From the NCBI GenBank assembly GCA_945947035.1, contig CAMEXD010000005.1, positions 3,122 through 67,121 of the forward strand: a stretch of DNA of 64,000 nt, in the 5' to 3' direction. Source of the DNA: an uncultured Mycoplasma sp. (lineage in GTDB: Bacteria; Bacillota_I; Bacilli_A; RF39; UBA660). Position 1 is the first letter of the stretch. Each line of letters begins with the position of its first letter. The position numbers and the translations under genes are program-made. Shown here in pieces: positions 41,872-51,063 of the stretch. The notes beneath the pieces were generated by a model. It did no database searches. It was given only the letters and a program-made list of their open reading frames with translations, and was not told the origin of the DNA.

Positions 41872-41971
41872 ATTTTTGCTAAAAAAAATATAATTTAAAT
41901 ATAAATCTTATTTTATTTTAATTCTTTTAATGATATAATATTTATATGTTGATTTTTGAAGGGGGGATAAA

Positions 41972-43699
41972 ATGAGTTATCTTGCTTTATATCGTAAATA
42001 TAGACCACAAACTTTTGAAGAGGTTGTTGGTCAAAATAAAATAATAAAAGTATTAGAAAATTCAATAAATAATGATATGGTTTCTCATGCATATCTGTTT
42101 TCAGGACCAAGAGGAACGGGTAAAACAACAACTGCAAAATTAATTGCAAAGCTTATTAACTGTGAAAATAGATCTGGACTTAATCCTTGTAATGAATGTG
42201 AAAGCTGTGTTTCATTTAATAATAAAAATAATCCAGACATAATAGAAATAGATGCTGCATCAAACAATGGTGTTGATGAAATTAGAGAAATAAAGGAAAA
42301 AGTTGATCTTATGCCAGCTATTTCTAAATATAAAGTTTATATAATAGATGAAGTTCATATGTTATCTATTGGTGCCTTTAATGCACTTTTAAAGACTTTA
42401 GAAGAACCACCAAAACACGTAATATTTATTTTGGCGACTACTGAATTTTATAAAGTACCAGAAACAATAGTTTCAAGATGTCAATGTTTTAGTTTTGAAC
42501 GTATTGAAGAATTTAATATTGTAAAAAAATTAAAAGAAATAGTTGAAAAAGAAAAAATTAATGTACCTATAAGCGTATTAGAATTAATTGCAGAATATTC
42601 AGATGGAGGCTTACGTGATGCAATTAACATGTTAGATAAACTAATATGTTCTAGTGATGAAATAACAGAAGATGATTTTTACGAAATCAGAGGATTAACT
42701 AAAAAAGAAGATTTAGAAAAGATAGTTTTAGATATTAAAGAAAATAAAATAAAAGAATTATTTGATAGAATTGATGAGTTAAACAAAAAAGGCAAAAATT
42801 TAATTATATTTTCTGAAGAATTAATGTCTTATTTTAAGGACTTATTAATAAAAATAGTTTCTGGAGAAAATGAGATATTAACAAAAAATGAAATATACCA
42901 ATCAATTGATATAATAAACGAAACTATTAATAATATGAAAAATAGTAGTTTTCCTAAAATAATATTAGAAGTTGGATTATTAAAAATAATGGATTCATTA
43001 AAAAATAAAGAAGATAATATAGAAAAAACAAAAAAAGAAACAACCAATGTTAACAATATAGAAAAAAACAATACTGTTTCTGATTTAAATAAAGAAGAAG
43101 AAATAGCAAAGCCAATTAATTTAATAAAAGAAAAATCAATATATGTTGAAGATGGTAAGATAAAATTTGAAGAAGCAAAAGAAATAAAAGAAAAAATAAC
43201 AAAATTAACTGAGCAAATAGAAAAAAATAGAAAAATAAGAATTAATAACACTTTTGCTACTGCTGATAAAAACATATTGGAAACCATGAAAATTAATTGG
43301 AATCTAATAAATAATTATTCAATTGATAAAAAATATGCTTCTGTTTGTTCTTATTTAATAGATGGAAACTTAAAAGTTGCAGGTAATGATTATATTATCG
43401 TGTCATTACTCTATAGTTCACTTTTAAAAAATGCTTTAGTAAATATTGAAAAAATAGAAGAATTATTGGAAAAGGTAATGAATCATCATTATAAAATTGC
43501 TTTTATACTAGAGGATGAGTGGATAAAATTAAAAGAAGAATATATTGAAAATTTAAAATCTGGAAAAAAATATGAGTTGCAAGAAGAAGAAAATATTGAT
43601 TATAATAATGAAGAAAACAAATTAATAAGTAAGGAAAAAAGTGAAATAGTTCAAGAAGCAGAAGATTTGTTTGGAAATGATATTATAGAAATAAAATAA
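41972..43699 (+). CDS. dnaX: DNA polymerase III subunits gamma/tau
   Basis: YRKYRPQTFEEVVGQ, GPRGTGKTTTAK, a zinc module CNECESC, DEVHMLS and SRCQCF. RBS GAAGGGGGG. Confidence 0.96.
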   Translation: MSYLALYRKYRPQTFEEVVGQNKIIKVLENSINNDMVSHAYLFSGPRGTGKTTTAKLIAKLINCENRSGLNPCNECESCVSFNNKNNPDIIEIDAASNNGVDEIREIKEKVDLMPAISKYKVYIIDEVHMLSIGAFNALLKTLEEPPKHVIFILATTEFYKVPETIVSRCQCFSFERIEEFNIVKKLKEIVEKEKINVPISVLELIAEYSDGGLRDAINMLDKLICSSDEITEDDFYEIRGLTKKEDLEKIVLDIKENKIKELFDRIDELNKKGKNLIIFSEELMSYFKDLLIKIVSGENEILTKNEIYQSIDIINETINNMKNSSFPKIILEVGLLKIMDSLKNKEDNIEKTKKETTNVNNIEKNNTVSDLNKEEEIAKPINLIKEKSIYVEDGKIKFEEAKEIKEKITKLTEQIEKNRKIRINNTFATADKNILETMKINWNLINNYSIDKKYASVCSYLIDGNLKVAGNDYIIVSLLYSSLLKNALVNIEKIEELLEKVMNHHYKIAFILEDEWIKLKEEYIENLKSGKKYELQEEENIDYNNEENKLISKEKSEIVQEAEDLFGNDIIEIK

Positions 43700-43717
43700 A
43701 AAAAGGAGAGATAAATT

Positions 43718-44014
43718 ATGAATATGCAAGCACTAATGAGACAAGCTCAAGCAATGCAAAAAGAAATAACAAATGCCCAAAAATTAATTAATGAAACAGA
43801 GTTTACTGGAACAAATGGTATTGTAACTGTAAAGGTTATGGGTACAAAGGAAGTTAAAGAAGTAAAAATAGAGGAAGATAAAGAAGTTTTTGAAGATGTT
43901 TCATTATTATCTGACATGATTTTACTTGCTTTAAATGATGCATTTAAACAAATTGACAAATTTAAAGAAGAAAAATTAGGAAAGTATGCTAATATGATGC
44001 AAGGTTTGATGTAA
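43718..44014 (+). CDS. ybaB: nucleoid-associated protein YbaB/EbfC
   Basis: MNMQALMRQAQAMQKEI... and the conserved dnaX-ybaB-recR order. Confidence 0.92.
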   Translation: MNMQALMRQAQAMQKEITNAQKLINETEFTGTNGIVTVKVMGTKEVKEVKIEEDKEVFEDVSLLSDMILLALNDAFKQIDKFKEEKLGKYANMMQGLM

Positions 44015-44016
44015 TT

Positions 44017-44625
44017 ATGTATCCTAAAGTATTAAATGATTTAATTGAAAGTTTTAAAAAATTGCCTGGTATTGGTGAAAAAACTGCCGAAAGACTATCT
44101 TTTGCTGTTTTAAATTTTGAAGAAGAAGATATAAACATGTTTAGTGAAAGTATGTTAAATTTACATAAAATGATTAAACCATGTAAAAAATGTGGTACAT
44201 TAACAGATCAAGAATATTGTTTAGTATGTCAAGATAAAACAAGAAAGAAAGATACTTTAATTGTTGTAGAAGACTCAAAAGATGTATTTTTATTTGAAAA
44301 AATAGGTAATTATCATGGATATTATCATGTTCTTGGAGGATTAATTTCTCCTCTTGATGATATTGGTCCAGATGATATATCAATAAAAGAATTAATAGAA
44401 AGAATAGAAAAAGATGAAATAAAAGAAATCATATTAGCAATAAAATCTAGTATAGAAGCTGATACAACATCACTTTATATTAAAAAAATATTAGAAAATA
44501 AAGATGTTAAAATAACTAGAATAGCAAGTGGAATTCCAATTGGAGCAGAAATGGATTATGTTGATGCTTTAACACTTGAATCAGCTCTTAAAAATAGAAT
44601 GGAAATAGACAATAATATAATTTAG
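44017..44625 (+). CDS. recR: recombination protein RecR
   Basis: LPGIGEKTAERL HhH motif, a C4 zinc finger CKKCG...CLVC, and a Toprim domain. Confidence 0.96.
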   Translation: MYPKVLNDLIESFKKLPGIGEKTAERLSFAVLNFEEEDINMFSESMLNLHKMIKPCKKCGTLTDQEYCLVCQDKTRKKDTLIVVEDSKDVFLFEKIGNYHGYYHVLGGLISPLDDIGPDDISIKELIERIEKDEIKEIILAIKSSIEADTTSLYIKKILENKDVKITRIASGIPIGAEMDYVDALTLESALKNRMEIDNNII

Positions 44626-44646
44626 TTCATATAATTATAGTGGTGA

Positions 44647-44838
44647 TTGAAATTGAAAAAACTAATTAATATTTTTAAAAATATCATATTGGCACCTTTC
44701 ATACTATATATATATAATTTAGTTTCAGTACCATTTAACATTATGGTACCAATAAATTTATTTAATATTTTGATAGTTGGTTTTTTAGGAATTCCTGGTT
44801 TAATAGCACTTATAATATTTAAATTAGTAGCTTTTTAG
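44647..44838 (+). CDS. bofA: pro-sigma-K processing inhibitor BofA
   Basis: 63-aa two-TM protein with FLGIPGLIALI, in the conserved position after recR. TTG start. Confidence 0.7.
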   Translation: MKLKKLINIFKNIILAPFILYIYNLVSVPFNIMVPINLFNILIVGFLGIPGLIALIIFKLVAF

Positions 44839-44851
44839 GAGGAAAAATTTT

Positions 44852-45772
44852 GTGTTAGAAGAATATGAAGAAATACAACCACAATTTTATAAATATGTAG
44901 AAAAAATAATAAAAAATGATAAATTAACACATGCCTATTTAATTGAGACAAATGGATTATCATATGGTTTTGATATAGCATTAGCATTATCAAAAACTTT
45001 TTTGTGTCCAAAAAACAATTTAAAAAAAGATAGTTGTGGTGATTGTCAAATTTGTCAAAATATAGAAAAAGGTAATTATCCAGATTTAAAAATTATTGAA
45101 GCTGATGGTAAAAATATTAAAAAAGAACAATTAATGGAATTACAAGAAGAATTTAAAGTTAAAAATCTATATGGTAAATATCTTATCTATATCATAAAAG
45201 ATGCTAATTTATTAAATAAAAGTTCTGCTAATACTATTTTAAAATTTTTGGAAGAACCAGAAGATAATATAATTGCGATATTAATAACAAATAATATTTA
45301 TAACTGCATAGATACTATTATTTCAAGATGTCAAATCTTATCTTTAAAAAATATTAAAGAAGAAATAAATGAAAATATTTATAAAAAATATTTAAATAAT
45401 TCTGATTTAGAAACATTTATTAAAGATATTAACACTAATGTTGTTTCTTTTTATATATCACTTGAAACTGATAAAGAAGAAACAATTGTATATAATGATT
45501 TAACCTATTTTAAAGAAAAAATAGAAATTTTATTAACTATTGGGTTATACTTATATATGGAAGTTTTAAATTATAAATATAATAGAGATTTAGTTAATTT
45601 AAAAGAATTTGAAGATCAAATAAAAAAAATAGCTTTAAATAATGAAACTAGTGATATAATAAAGAAAATTGAGATTATTAATAGATTTTTAAAAACATGT
45701 AATCTCAATGTTAATAAAGAATTATTTTTAGATAATTTTATTATCACTTTTTGTGGAGGTATAAATGATTAA
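44852..45772 (+). CDS. holB: DNA polymerase III delta-prime subunit
   Basis: 306 aa with a GTG start. HAYLIE, a Cys cluster CGDCQICQ, NTILKFLEEP and SRCQIL. Confidence 0.85.
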   Translation: MLEEYEEIQPQFYKYVEKIIKNDKLTHAYLIETNGLSYGFDIALALSKTFLCPKNNLKKDSCGDCQICQNIEKGNYPDLKIIEADGKNIKKEQLMELQEEFKVKNLYGKYLIYIIKDANLLNKSSANTILKFLEEPEDNIIAILITNNIYNCIDTIISRCQILSLKNIKEEINENIYKKYLNNSDLETFIKDINTNVVSFYISLETDKEETIVYNDLTYFKEKIEILLTIGLYLYMEVLNYKYNRDLVNLKEFEDQIKKIALNNETSDIIKKIEIINRFLKTCNLNVNKELFLDNFIITFCGGIND

Positions 45773-46544
45773 AGTTGTTGGTATAAATTTTGAAGATTCA
45801 AAGAAAATTTATTATTTTTTGCCTAATGAATTTGAATTAAAAATAAATGATAAAGTAATCGTAGAAACAGAAAGAGGACAACAATATGGTTATGTAGTAA
45901 CTGAATATATTGAAGTTGAAGAAGAAAGACTTTCTAGTCCAGTTAAAAATGTAATAAAAAAGGCTGATAAGAAAGATAAAATGATTCATCAAAAAAATCT
46001 AAATGATAGTAAAAAAGCTATTATTGATGCTAATCGTTTTATTGAAGAATTAAATCTTGATATGAAAATACTTAATGCTAGTTTTACTTTTGATAGAAAT
46101 CAATTGTTATTTAACTTTTTGGCAGATGAAAGAATAGATTTTAGACTTCTTGCTAAAAAACTAGCTGCTATTTATAAAACAAGAATTGAATTAAGACAAA
46201 TTGGAGTAAGAGATAAAGCACGTGAAATCGGAGGATTTGGACAATGTGGAAGACCACTTTGTTGTTCTATGTTTTTAAAAGAATTAAACGCTGTATCAAT
46301 AAATATGGCAAAAAATCAAGATTTAGCGCTTAATCCTCAAAAAATTAATGGTTGTTGTGGAAGATTAATGTGTTGCTTATCTTATGAAAATGATTTATAT
46401 GATGAATATAAAAAAGGGCTTCCAAGTGTTGGAGATAAAATTGATTCAAAAGATGTAACTGGTAAAGTAATTGATGTTGATTTGTTTGCAAGAAAATATA
46501 AAGTTGAAAAAGAAGATGGAACAGTTGTTGAAATAATAAAGTAA
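45765..46544 (+). CDS. yaaT: PSP1-domain protein YaaT/RicT (stage 0 sporulation protein)
   Basis: PSP1 C-terminal region with a Cys cluster (GQCGRPLCCSMFL...NGCCGRLMCCLSYE). Confidence 0.9.
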   Translation: MIKVVGINFEDSKKIYYFLPNEFELKINDKVIVETERGQQYGYVVTEYIEVEEERLSSPVKNVIKKADKKDKMIHQKNLNDSKKAIIDANRFIEELNLDMKILNASFTFDRNQLLFNFLADERIDFRLLAKKLAAIYKTRIELRQIGVRDKAREIGGFGQCGRPLCCSMFLKELNAVSINMAKNQDLALNPQKINGCCGRLMCCLSYENDLYDEYKKGLPSVGDKIDSKDVTGKVIDVDLFARKYKVEKEDGTVVEIIK

Positions 46545-46557
46545 GGAAGTGATTTGC

Positions 46558-47130
46558 ATGAAATTAATCGTAGGATTAGGTAATCCAGGTTCAATATATG
46601 ATAATACAAGACATAATATTGGCTATATGGTTATTGATAATTTTGCAAAAGAACAAAAACAAAAAATAGAAACAAAAAAATTTAATGGACTTTTTACAAA
46701 ATTTGTATATAATAATGAAATGGTTATTTTATTAAAACCTTTATCTTATATGAATTTATCAGGAGAAGTTGTTAAAAAATATGTAGATTATTTTAAAATT
46801 AATCTTGAAGATATTTTAATAATAAATGATGATTTAGATATGCCACTTGGAAAAATAAAACTAAAAGAAAAAGGTTCAAGTGGAGGGCATAATGGTTTAA
46901 AAAATATTGAATTAAATTTAAAAACAGATAATTACAAGAGATTAAAAATAGGAATATCAAATAATAAAAACATAGATACAAAAGATTATGTTTTAGGTCA
47001 TTTTAATAATAGTGAACTTGAAATTTTAAATCAAATTCTTCCAAAAACATCAAAGATTCTTGAAGAATTTATAAGTGTAGATTTTAACAAAATAATGAGT
47101 AAATATAATGATAAGAAGGGATTATCATGA
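46558..47130 (+). CDS. pth: peptidyl-tRNA hydrolase
   Basis: MKLIVGLGNPGSIYDNTRHNIG and GGHNGLKNI. The start was set at the ATG behind AAGGAAG. Confidence 0.95.
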   Translation: MKLIVGLGNPGSIYDNTRHNIGYMVIDNFAKEQKQKIETKKFNGLFTKFVYNNEMVILLKPLSYMNLSGEVVKKYVDYFKINLEDILIINDDLDMPLGKIKLKEKGSSGGHNGLKNIELNLKTDNYKRLKIGISNNKNIDTKDYVLGHFNNSELEILNQILPKTSKILEEFISVDFNKIMSKYNDKKGLS

Positions 47131-50100
47131 ATATATTTGATAAAATAATAGACACTAAAGACTATAAATCTACGGGGTTATTAAAACTAAATACCTCTTT
47201 TTTTGCGTTATATTTAAATAAACTATTTAAATGTGAAAATCGTGGTATTTTAGTTGTATATCCTAATTTATATGAAGCAAATAGATTATATAATCATTTA
47301 ATAGATTACAACGATGCCTTATTATTTCAAGTTGATGATGTAATAACAAATGAAGCATATGCAATATCACCAGAAACAAAATTAGAAAGATTAAATATTT
47401 TAAAAGAATTAACAAATAATCCAAAGAGAATAGTAATAACCGATACTAATGGTTATTTAAAGTGTTTACCAAATAAAAATAAATTCATAAATAATGTTAT
47501 AACTTTAACAGAAAACCAAGATATTAACCAACAATTGTTAATATCTAAATTAGCAGATCTTGGTTATAATAGGGAAGTTATAATATCAAATCCGGGAGAT
47601 TTTGCCGTAAGAGGATTTGTACTTGATATATTTCCTATAAATAGCGATTATCCAGTTAGAATTGAATTTTTTGGTGATAATATAGAACAAATAAAAACTT
47701 TTGATGTCTCTAGCCAAAGAACAATATCTAAACTAACTAATATAAAAATATATCCTTTTACTGAAGAAAGCGATAATAATAATATTTTATCTTATTTTGA
47801 TAATCCTATTGTTGTTTTTAAAGATTACGAACAAATAAAAGTTGCTTATAATAGAATTGTTGATGATATCTTTAATTATGCACCAGATAAAAATAAAAAA
47901 TATATTTGTGATTTAGATGAAATTAAAGTAAATGATTTTTTGTGTTATCTTGAATTAGATGATACTTTTTCTGATTTAGAAATAAATAAAAAAATAGATT
48001 TTAATGTTAAAACTCCAGATTTATTTAATCAAAATATAGAAAAAATAAATAAATATCTAAAAGATTCATTAAAAAATAACAAAACAATTATAATTTGTAG
48101 TGAAAAAATTAACAATAAATTTAATGAAATGTTAGAAGTTTCTTTTGTGCTAACAGATGAAAATAATATTATAGATAATAAAGTAAATATAATTAACAAA
48201 AAAATGTTATCGGGTTTTATAAAAGATGACTATATATTTTTAACAGATTATGAACTATTTAATAGAAAAAATATCAAAAAAGTAAAAAGATATAACTATA
48301 ATAGTTCTAAAATAAAAGATTTAAAAAAATTAGAAATTGGTGATTATGTTGTTCATAATTTCTATGGAATTGGTGTTTATAATGGAATTAAAACAATTTC
48401 TAAAAATGGTATGTTAAATGATTACATTGAAGTTTTATATGCTAAAGGTGATAAATTATATGTTCCGGCATCAAAAATAGAATATTTAAGTAAATATTCA
48501 GGTAAAGAAGGTTATACTCCAAAAATAAATGCTTTAAATAGTACAGCATGGTTAAAAACAAAAGAACAAGTTAAGAAAAAAATAAAATACGAAGCAGAAA
48601 GACTTTTAAAGGTTCAAGCCGAAAGGAATTTAAAAAAAGGTTTTGCTTTTTCTAAAGATAATGAATTTCAGATAATATTTGAAAATGAATTTAAATATGA
48701 AATGACAAAAGATCAAATAACAGCAACAGAAAACATTAAAAAAGAAATGGAAAGTATAACTCCAATGGATCATATTTTATGTGGTGATGTGGGTTATGGA
48801 AAAACTGAAGTAGCTTTTAGGTCTATGTTTAAAGCAGTTCAAGATTCCAAACAAGTAATGTATTTATGTCCTACAACACTTTTATCAAAACAACAATATG
48901 AAAGTGCAATTGATAGATTTTCATCTTTTCCAGTTGAAATTGCTCTTTTAAATCGCTTTACATCTACAAAAGAAAAAAACAAAATATTAAAAGATTTTAG
49001 TGAAGGAAAAATTGATATTTTATTTGGAACACATAGAATTTTAAGTAGTGATGTTATACCAAAAGATTTAGGACTTTTAGTAGTAGATGAAGAACAACGT
49101 TTTGGAGTTGCTCACAAGGAAAAAATAAAAGAAATGAAATCTAATATCGATGTTTTAACTCTTACTGCAACACCAATTCCAAGAACACTTCAAATGGCAA
49201 TATTAGGTTTAAAAAGTTTATCACTAATAGAAACACCTCCGAAAAATAGAAGATCTGTTCAAACTTATGTAATACATGAAGATAAAAAAATGATTAGAGA
49301 TATAATTTATAGAGAAATATCAAGGGAGGGTCAAGTATTTATTTTATATAATAAAGTTGAAGATATTGAAACTAAAATTAGCGAAATAAGGTCTTTAGTT
49401 CCTGATGCTAAAATAATTTATGCTCATGGTCAAATGCCAAAACAAGAACTTGAAGATAGAATGAATGATTTTATCGAATGTAAATACAATGTTTTAATTT
49501 GTACAACTATTATTGAAACAGGAATTGATATTCCAAACGCTAATAGTTTAATTATATATGATGCTGATAGATTTGGTCTTTCTCAACTTTATCAAATAAG
49601 AGGAAGAGTAGGAAGAAGTGATAGAACTTCTTATGCATATCTTTTATATAATAAAAATAAACAATTAAATGACATAGCAATTAAAAGATTAAAAGTAATA
49701 AAAGAGTTTACTGAACTTGGAAGTGGTTTTAAAATAGCATCAAGAGATTTATCAATAAGAGGTGCAGGAGACATTTTAGGAGCAGAACAAGCAGGTTTTA
49801 TTGATGCCGTTGGAATTGACTTATATATGAAACTTTTAGAACAGGAAATAAATAAATTAAAAGGTATTGAAGAAGAAATAGAAGAAGAACCTTCAAAAGA
49901 TATTATAACTGTTAGTAATCATATTAAAGATACATATATTAATGACGAAGAGTTAAAAATAGAAATTCATAAATTAATTAATACAATAAAAACCAAAGAA
50001 GATTTAGAAAATGTTAAACAAGAATTAATCGATAGATTTGGAAAAGTTGATGAAGATTTAATTAATTATATGAATGAAGAATTGTTTGAAAAATTAATAA

Positions 50101-50330
50101 AAAAACGAGGTATTTTAAAAGTAAACGATAATAATAATTATATAGAGTTAATTTTTAATAAAGAAAAAAGTAGCTCTATAGATTATCAAGATTTCTTTAT
50201 GAAATCAATAAATGTTTCAAATAAACTTAGTTTTGAATATAAAAATGAATTGTTTATCATTAGGTTATCAAAAAAGGATTTAGATAAGCATCCTCTAATT
50301 TATTTAAATGAATTACTAGATAAAATGTAG
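47127..50330 (+). CDS. mfd: transcription-repair coupling factor Mfd
   Basis: 1067 aa. RNAP-interacting domain (GDYVVHNFYGIGVY), helicase motifs (GDVGYGKTEVA, DEEQRFGV) and TRG motif region. Confidence 0.96.
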   Translation: MNIFDKIIDTKDYKSTGLLKLNTSFFALYLNKLFKCENRGILVVYPNLYEANRLYNHLIDYNDALLFQVDDVITNEAYAISPETKLERLNILKELTNNPKRIVITDTNGYLKCLPNKNKFINNVITLTENQDINQQLLISKLADLGYNREVIISNPGDFAVRGFVLDIFPINSDYPVRIEFFGDNIEQIKTFDVSSQRTISKLTNIKIYPFTEESDNNNILSYFDNPIVVFKDYEQIKVAYNRIVDDIFNYAPDKNKKYICDLDEIKVNDFLCYLELDDTFSDLEINKKIDFNVKTPDLFNQNIEKINKYLKDSLKNNKTIIICSEKINNKFNEMLEVSFVLTDENNIIDNKVNIINKKMLSGFIKDDYIFLTDYELFNRKNIKKVKRYNYNSSKIKDLKKLEIGDYVVHNFYGIGVYNGIKTISKNGMLNDYIEVLYAKGDKLYVPASKIEYLSKYSGKEGYTPKINALNSTAWLKTKEQVKKKIKYEAERLLKVQAERNLKKGFAFSKDNEFQIIFENEFKYEMTKDQITATENIKKEMESITPMDHILCGDVGYGKTEVAFRSMFKAVQDSKQVMYLCPTTLLSKQQYESAIDRFSSFPVEIALLNRFTSTKEKNKILKDFSEGKIDILFGTHRILSSDVIPKDLGLLVVDEEQRFGVAHKEKIKEMKSNIDVLTLTATPIPRTLQMAILGLKSLSLIETPPKNRRSVQTYVIHEDKKMIRDIIYREISREGQVFILYNKVEDIETKISEIRSLVPDAKIIYAHGQMPKQELEDRMNDFIECKYNVLICTTIIETGIDIPNANSLIIYDADRFGLSQLYQIRGRVGRSDRTSYAYLLYNKNKQLNDIAIKRLKVIKEFTELGSGFKIASRDLSIRGAGDILGAEQAGFIDAVGIDLYMKLLEQEINKLKGIEEEIEEEPSKDIITVSNHIKDTYINDEELKIEIHKLINTIKTKEDLENVKQELIDRFGKVDEDLINYMNEELFEKLIKKRGILKVNDNNNYIELIFNKEKSSSIDYQDFFMKSINVSNKLSFEYKNELFIIRLSKKDLDKHPLIYLNELLDKM

Positions 50331-50350
50331 AAAAAAACTACATTTTTTTT
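50325..50350 (+). terminator. mfd intrinsic terminator
   Basis: ATGTAG-A7-CTACAT followed by T8. It overlaps the stop codon. Confidence 0.65.
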
Positions 50351-50499
50351 GTTATTTTATAGTTAAATCTAAATTTCCAATAATTTCCATATTTTACCAG
50401 CAAAAAATATACCATAAAAATATTATAATAATATTGTTAATATGTTGTATAAATAAATTTAAAATAGGAAAAATAAAGATAGATGAAAGGAATGATATA

Positions 50500-51030
50500 A
50501 TGAAAACTACAGGAGTTGTAAGGAGAATTGACGATCTAGGACGAATTGTTATACCAAAGGAAATAAGAAAAAGTCTTCGTATTAAAGATGGAGAATCTTT
50601 AGAAATATGCTTGGATAGCGATAATATAATTTTAAAGAAGTATTCTGAATTAAACAATTTAGGAGATTTTTATAAAAATTATGTTGATAGCATTAATTCA
50701 TATATTAAAGAAAATATTATTATAGTAGATAGAAATAATATTGTAGCCATAGCAGGAGATTTAAAGAAGAAGTATGTTAATAAAAACATCTCTCCTAATA
50801 TTGATGATATTATTCAAAAAAGAAATATGGTTGTAGAAAAGGATTTTAAAGAAATAACATTAGTTTTTAATACAATAGAAGAGGCAAGTTATATAATAGC
50901 GCCAATTATTGTAAATGGTGATGCAATAGGTGCCGTTATTATGCTTTCTACTACAAGAAATTTAGATGATTTTGATGTTAAAACCATATCTATTGCTGCA
51001 AAATTTTTAGGAAAATACATTGAAGAATAA
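50500..51030 (+). CDS. spoVT: stage V sporulation regulator SpoVT (AbrB-type N-terminus plus GAF-like C-terminus)
   Basis: MKTTGVVRRIDDLGRIVIPKEIRKSLRIKDGESLEI SpoVT/AbrB domain. 176 aa in total, the SpoVT size class. RBS GAAAGGAA. Confidence 0.88.
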   Translation: MKTTGVVRRIDDLGRIVIPKEIRKSLRIKDGESLEICLDSDNIILKKYSELNNLGDFYKNYVDSINSYIKENIIIVDRNNIVAIAGDLKKKYVNKNISPNIDDIIQKRNMVVEKDFKEITLVFNTIEEASYIIAPIIVNGDAIGAVIMLSTTRNLDDFDVKTISIAAKFLGKYIEE

Positions 51031-51063
51031 AAAATGTTATAATATTCTAAAAAGGAGAATATT

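Larger units (their letters stand above)
40666..41880. repeat. array of five ~260-300-bp tandem repeat units, each with a conserved ~72-82-nt core ending in a Noc-binding-site palindrome
   Basis: The core is TTCTAAAAAATGTATTGACAATACAAAAAAGTGGAGAAAAT(C/T)GCCAATTATTTCCCGGGAAATAATTTTTGCT. It is nearly identical in copies 3-5, with about 4 and 9 substitutions in copies 2 and 1. The spacers between cores 1-2 and 4-5 are homologous to each other, and the other two spacers have diverged. Confidence 0.9.

Noticed and set aside
40666-41880. The five-copy repeat array could be a CRISPR array.
   Set aside because: The repeat cores are ~72-82 nt and the spacers ~180-220 nt. Two of the spacers are homologous to each other, and no cas genes are present. 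The geometry and content are wrong for CRISPR.
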